Origin: Patellaria atrata CBS 101060
Taxonomy: Eukaryota
Reading direction: 5' to 3'
Assembly (NCBI GenBank): GCA_010093705.1
Contig: MU006094.1
Location: 1,215,550 to 1,279,549, forward strand
Length of the DNA stretch: 64,000 nt
Shown: in pieces, positions 60,859-64,000 of the stretch
Layout of the letters: every line of letters starts with the position of its first letter
How positions within the stretch are numbered: position 1 is the first letter of the stretch
The notes under the pieces: generated by a model
Databases searched by the model: none
Told to the model about the DNA's origin: nothing
What the model saw: only the letters and a program-made list of their open reading frames with translations
Program-made: the position numbers and the translations under genes

Positions 60859-61946
60859 CTACTTCTTCGCCTTCATCTTTGCCTCGTCCGGTCCCAGCTC
60901 CCTGATCACCACCTTCACCAAACCGGTCATGTCATCCTCTGGCTCCTTGCCGTCCTCGAAGCCAGGGCATATGCCAATGGCCAAGTACTTCCCATCGCAG
61001 CTGAAAGCCAAAGCTGCGACACTGGCACCGAACTTTTGGTACTGCTTGATCCTCCTCTTCGCCATGGCGTCCCACAGACTCACAAGCCCATCACCGCCAC
61101 CGCTCGCGAACACGTTCCTCGTCGGGTGGAAAGCCAAAGCGTTGACAGGATAGACAACATCGGCACCGGTGTCTGGCTCCGTAACGCGGTGGCACTTGAA
61201 GGCGTACTTCCGCTTCTGCGACTCTTCACTCGGATCGAACCACTCCACTGCGACACGACCTTCTATTGACGACGAAGCATAGCCACTATCGTCAGGCATA
61301 CACGCCACCGCCCTCGTCATGAACTTCATACTGCTCTCTCTTGCTTGCCAGAGCTGATGGTTCACTTCGCCCTCTGGTAATGTAGCCAGCGCAGCGAGCT
61401 CGTAAATCTGAAATGCGCGGTTTGCCATGGCGACGGCCAGCTTGGTCTTGGATAGTGAGAGCGCGAAGGGTTTTGAGGGTAGCGATATCGACGTGAAGCT
61501 GGTGTTTGTGCGTGAAGAGGAGAGACTGTGGATATGTAACGTTGCGTCCCATGATGCGGAGATGAGGAGTGAGGTTGATGGATCGTAGATGACTGATTTG
61601 ACAGGCTTGGAGTGGGTGCTGAGGACTGCAGTGTCGCCGGTCGAGAGGTCTAACCTGTTACCCGCGTCAGAACTCAATCCGTACTCACGCCATGAAGGCT
61701 GAAGTACCTGTGCACATTCAAGTCCAACCCGCACGCAAATGCCTCGTCATCGTCCTGGCCAAAGCAGACGTCGAGAAGCGCCGCGTCGAAAGCATACTGG
61801 TTTTGTTTCGCACCGTCGATCGCATCGTACAGGTACACACTGCTATCCCATGAAGATACCAGCAGCCTCTGTGGGGTGTACGGCGAGAAACTCAGGCCGG
61901 AGATAGCGTTTGACGGCGGTTGTGCCGATTCGTATTGATCTGACAT
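60859..61946 (-). CDS. BUB3: Mitotic checkpoint WD40 protein BUB3
   Basis: LLVSSWD, RESSMKFMTRAVACMP, GYASSSIEGRVAVEWFDPSEESQKRKYAFKCHR, VYPVNALAFHP. One intron ~61654..61707, ATG 61946. Confidence 0.93.
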
Positions 61947-62383
61947 TGTTAGCCGTAGAGGCTGTCTTGAGCAGCAGGGGCATGCACTTGAAGTCATGTT
62001 GGATTGGTGTTGAATTTGAGTTGGCGCAAAGTGAGTTACTCTTGAAGTTGCGATTCGGGGGTGAGAGTCTATTTACCCGCATACAAGAGAGTGGACACCT
62101 GCGTCCAGCGATTCTCAAGTACCTTCGAACTCAGGCCCTGCAATTATCAAAAGAAGGTCTGCGACTTATGAGAGTCTCTAGAGGAGGCAATTGAGAAGTC
62201 TCTCGAGGCTCTTGATCTAATGTTCTTGCCGTCGATGATGCTCAGCTGTCACGGGACTAGGAGCCCTTGGTGGCGCCTTCCGTTCCTCTCCCTGAAGGTG
62301 ACGTGTTGAAGATGTAAACAGAGCAGCAACCTGGACTACTGTTCTCCACCCCATTTCCTGCAAAAGAATAGTTTGGTCTCAGA

Positions 62384-63297
62384 ATGCCCCCAGCTCGAAT
62401 CATCGGAGGCCCGCCTGTGCCGAAACGTTGAGGAAAAGAGAACCATGTCTTCGAATCGGATCGTCTGAAGCACAACGCCAATGCCAGCAAAGCGAAGGAA
62501 GTGCAGAGCGGACCGGCATCGAGTTCTTCCAGGGAGCCGCTGGCTGAAGTGCGCAATGGGAAGCCTAGATCCACCAAGCCGGCGGCCAACAACGGTCATC
62601 GTCCCGCGGGTATGCATCCTGATTTTATCAAGATGCTGGAAGAGAGCCGTAGGAAGCGTGAAGCCGCGGAAGCAGTCGAGCAAGCAGCTCGTGAAAAGCA
62701 CGAACGGGAGCTGGACGCCGAAAAGGACTATGTGACCATTGGTCGGCCGTGGTGGGACTGGAGTCGCGAGCATGATCTTGGCTTCTTCTCTGATACCCCT
62801 AAAGAGAAGCGGGAAGAGCTTACCAGAGAGTACGAGAAGCAGAGAGTCACTTATTCGAATAAGCCATCTGCAGAATTCCCGGAGTGGAAGTGGGTCATGA
62901 GCAAGCGTGCGACGCTGATGCTAGAGGACTTCGATGAGCTTCTCAAGAAAAGAGATCCAGACGAGTACGATGTGTACTTTGGGAGCAACTTCTTCGGATA
63001 CGGCGTTCAGGAAGTCATCGACACGCACATGCAGTCCTTCTTTGAGGAGTACCGCAAGGGTAATTCCAACACGCTTCTGCTATGGAGTTACATGGAAGCG
63101 ATGGCCTTCTTCCTCGCTGGCGGCAGCGGTGCGATGCACGCTTGGTACAGTGAGTACACAACATGAGCGGCTCGAGCATTTCTGGTCTGAAACTGACTCC
63201 TTGCAACAGTGTGCGATGACAGCGAACGCAACTTCGAGCAATTGCTCATCATCGGAGTGGCTCTCCTCACCATGTTGAACACATTCGAGAAGGAGAT
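62384..63297 (+). pseudogene. Paralog of the 58906..60184 gene; early TGA and 3'-truncated
   Basis: ATG 62384 is in frame with ORF 62501..63166 through a TGA at codon 16. RPWWD, KPSAEFPEWKWVMS, KRDPD, LWSYMEA, DDSE. Ends abruptly at ~63297. Confidence 0.65.
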
Positions 63298-63299
63298 CT

Positions 63300-63670
63300 A
63301 GAACTCTGTACCCAACATGGGCAGAACTAACTCCTCGAATACTGCGAAGATCTGGGCCACCACGGCGAGCAAAGCGCTTGAGCTGCCGGACTAGACTGCC
63401 CTCAATATCACGCCCCGGGCGCGGTTGGAGGGCAATGGGTTGAACAGCCCGTCTGTGGAATTCTCGAAGCGCACGACGACAGAGCGGCACCCGGGAAAGC
63501 TTGTCCCAGTACTCTGGAGGAGTCCTGCTCTGCGATGGATATGGCGGCTTTTGGCGTTTGGCAGGTGGTTGTGGTTGTGGTTCCGATTCTGGCTCTGCTG
63601 TTGGCGCTGCTTCGACTCGTCGTTTTCGTTTTCGACTTTGAGACCTCAGCTCTTGCTTCAAAGGCACCAT
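63300..63670 (-). pseudogene. 5' part of a 'WDxLSxV.L.RRALRE / FARRGGPDL' family gene (DUF7924-related), truncated
   Basis: PPEYWDKLSRVPLCRRALREFHRR and LKRFARRGGPDLRSIRG, then a GTTAGT donor whose intron runs into the opposite-strand pseudogene. Confidence 0.6.
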
Positions 63671-64000
63671 TGGTCCTGGACAAGTGGTGGGGGGGTTCTA
63701 TAGATATCGACATTGGGAGTTTGCTTGCGCGCCGTGAAATTGTGGAACTGCGATGGGGGAGCATTGCAAGTCTTGGCGGGTGCTTAGCAGTGGCGATGAC
63801 TCACGGACTGCCTGCAGCTGCGTATCAATTGGCGCGCGTTGCTCTAGCCCCCAGCTATTAATCGGGAGGGTATGCGCTAATATTTAGTGCGACTCCTCTC
63901 GGATTAGGCCTGTCGCAGCACGCGCCTTCAACCCACGTTCTCTTCATTCCTGCACACCACCATTGCAAGCTTTGCGGAACCTGGTGAAAGCGCGCAATTG

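Larger units (their letters stand above)
34772..64000. mobile_element. Putative Starship-type giant transposon cargo region (captain not in window; boundaries uncertain)
   Basis: Gene set typical of Starship cargo (patatin-like phospholipase with MxxCxHxxWL start, DUF7924-like, HET, small coiled-coil and MADS-like genes). TTAC at 34768-34771 is only a candidate left edge. Confidence 0.5.

Noticed and set aside
1..64000. CRISPR array, rRNA, or DUF3435 captain
   Set aside because: No regularly spaced repeat-spacer array, rRNA-like sequence or tyrosine-recombinase ORF was seen.

Overview
Filamentous-ascomycete (Pezizomycotina-type) genomic DNA with GT-AG introns and CTRAC branch sites. Left part (1-~34.7 kb): intact genes (signal peptide peptidase, MPC2, a dimeric alpha-beta barrel protein, several large hypothetical proteins), decayed pseudogenes (N-terminal-helical/ankyrin, DUF6590-like, modin-like, a small secreted protein), a 5'-truncated Tad1-like LINE, three solo LTRs and a tRNA-derived Pol III-type element. 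From ~34.8 kb the window looks like decaying cargo of a Starship-type giant transposon. It holds small coiled-coil genes, a divergent MADS-like gene, a truncated patatin-like phospholipase, DUF1275, DUF7924-like genes, a HET gene, a non-autonomous hAT and a fourth solo LTR. No captain (DUF3435) is in the window, so this call is an inference. BUB3 lies near the right end between two paralogous pseudogenes. Two observations stand out. (1) An ~18-bp CArG-like motif (GGNCCYRAAAHYGGDHC) sits upstream of most genes in 36-48 kb, including the MADS-like gene itself, suggesting a self-contained cargo regulon. (2) An Hsp70/actin-like ATPase gene has an N-terminus resembling the histone H3 tail, with the K4/K9/K27/K36 positions replaced. 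All family names come from motif recognition by eye, not database searches.
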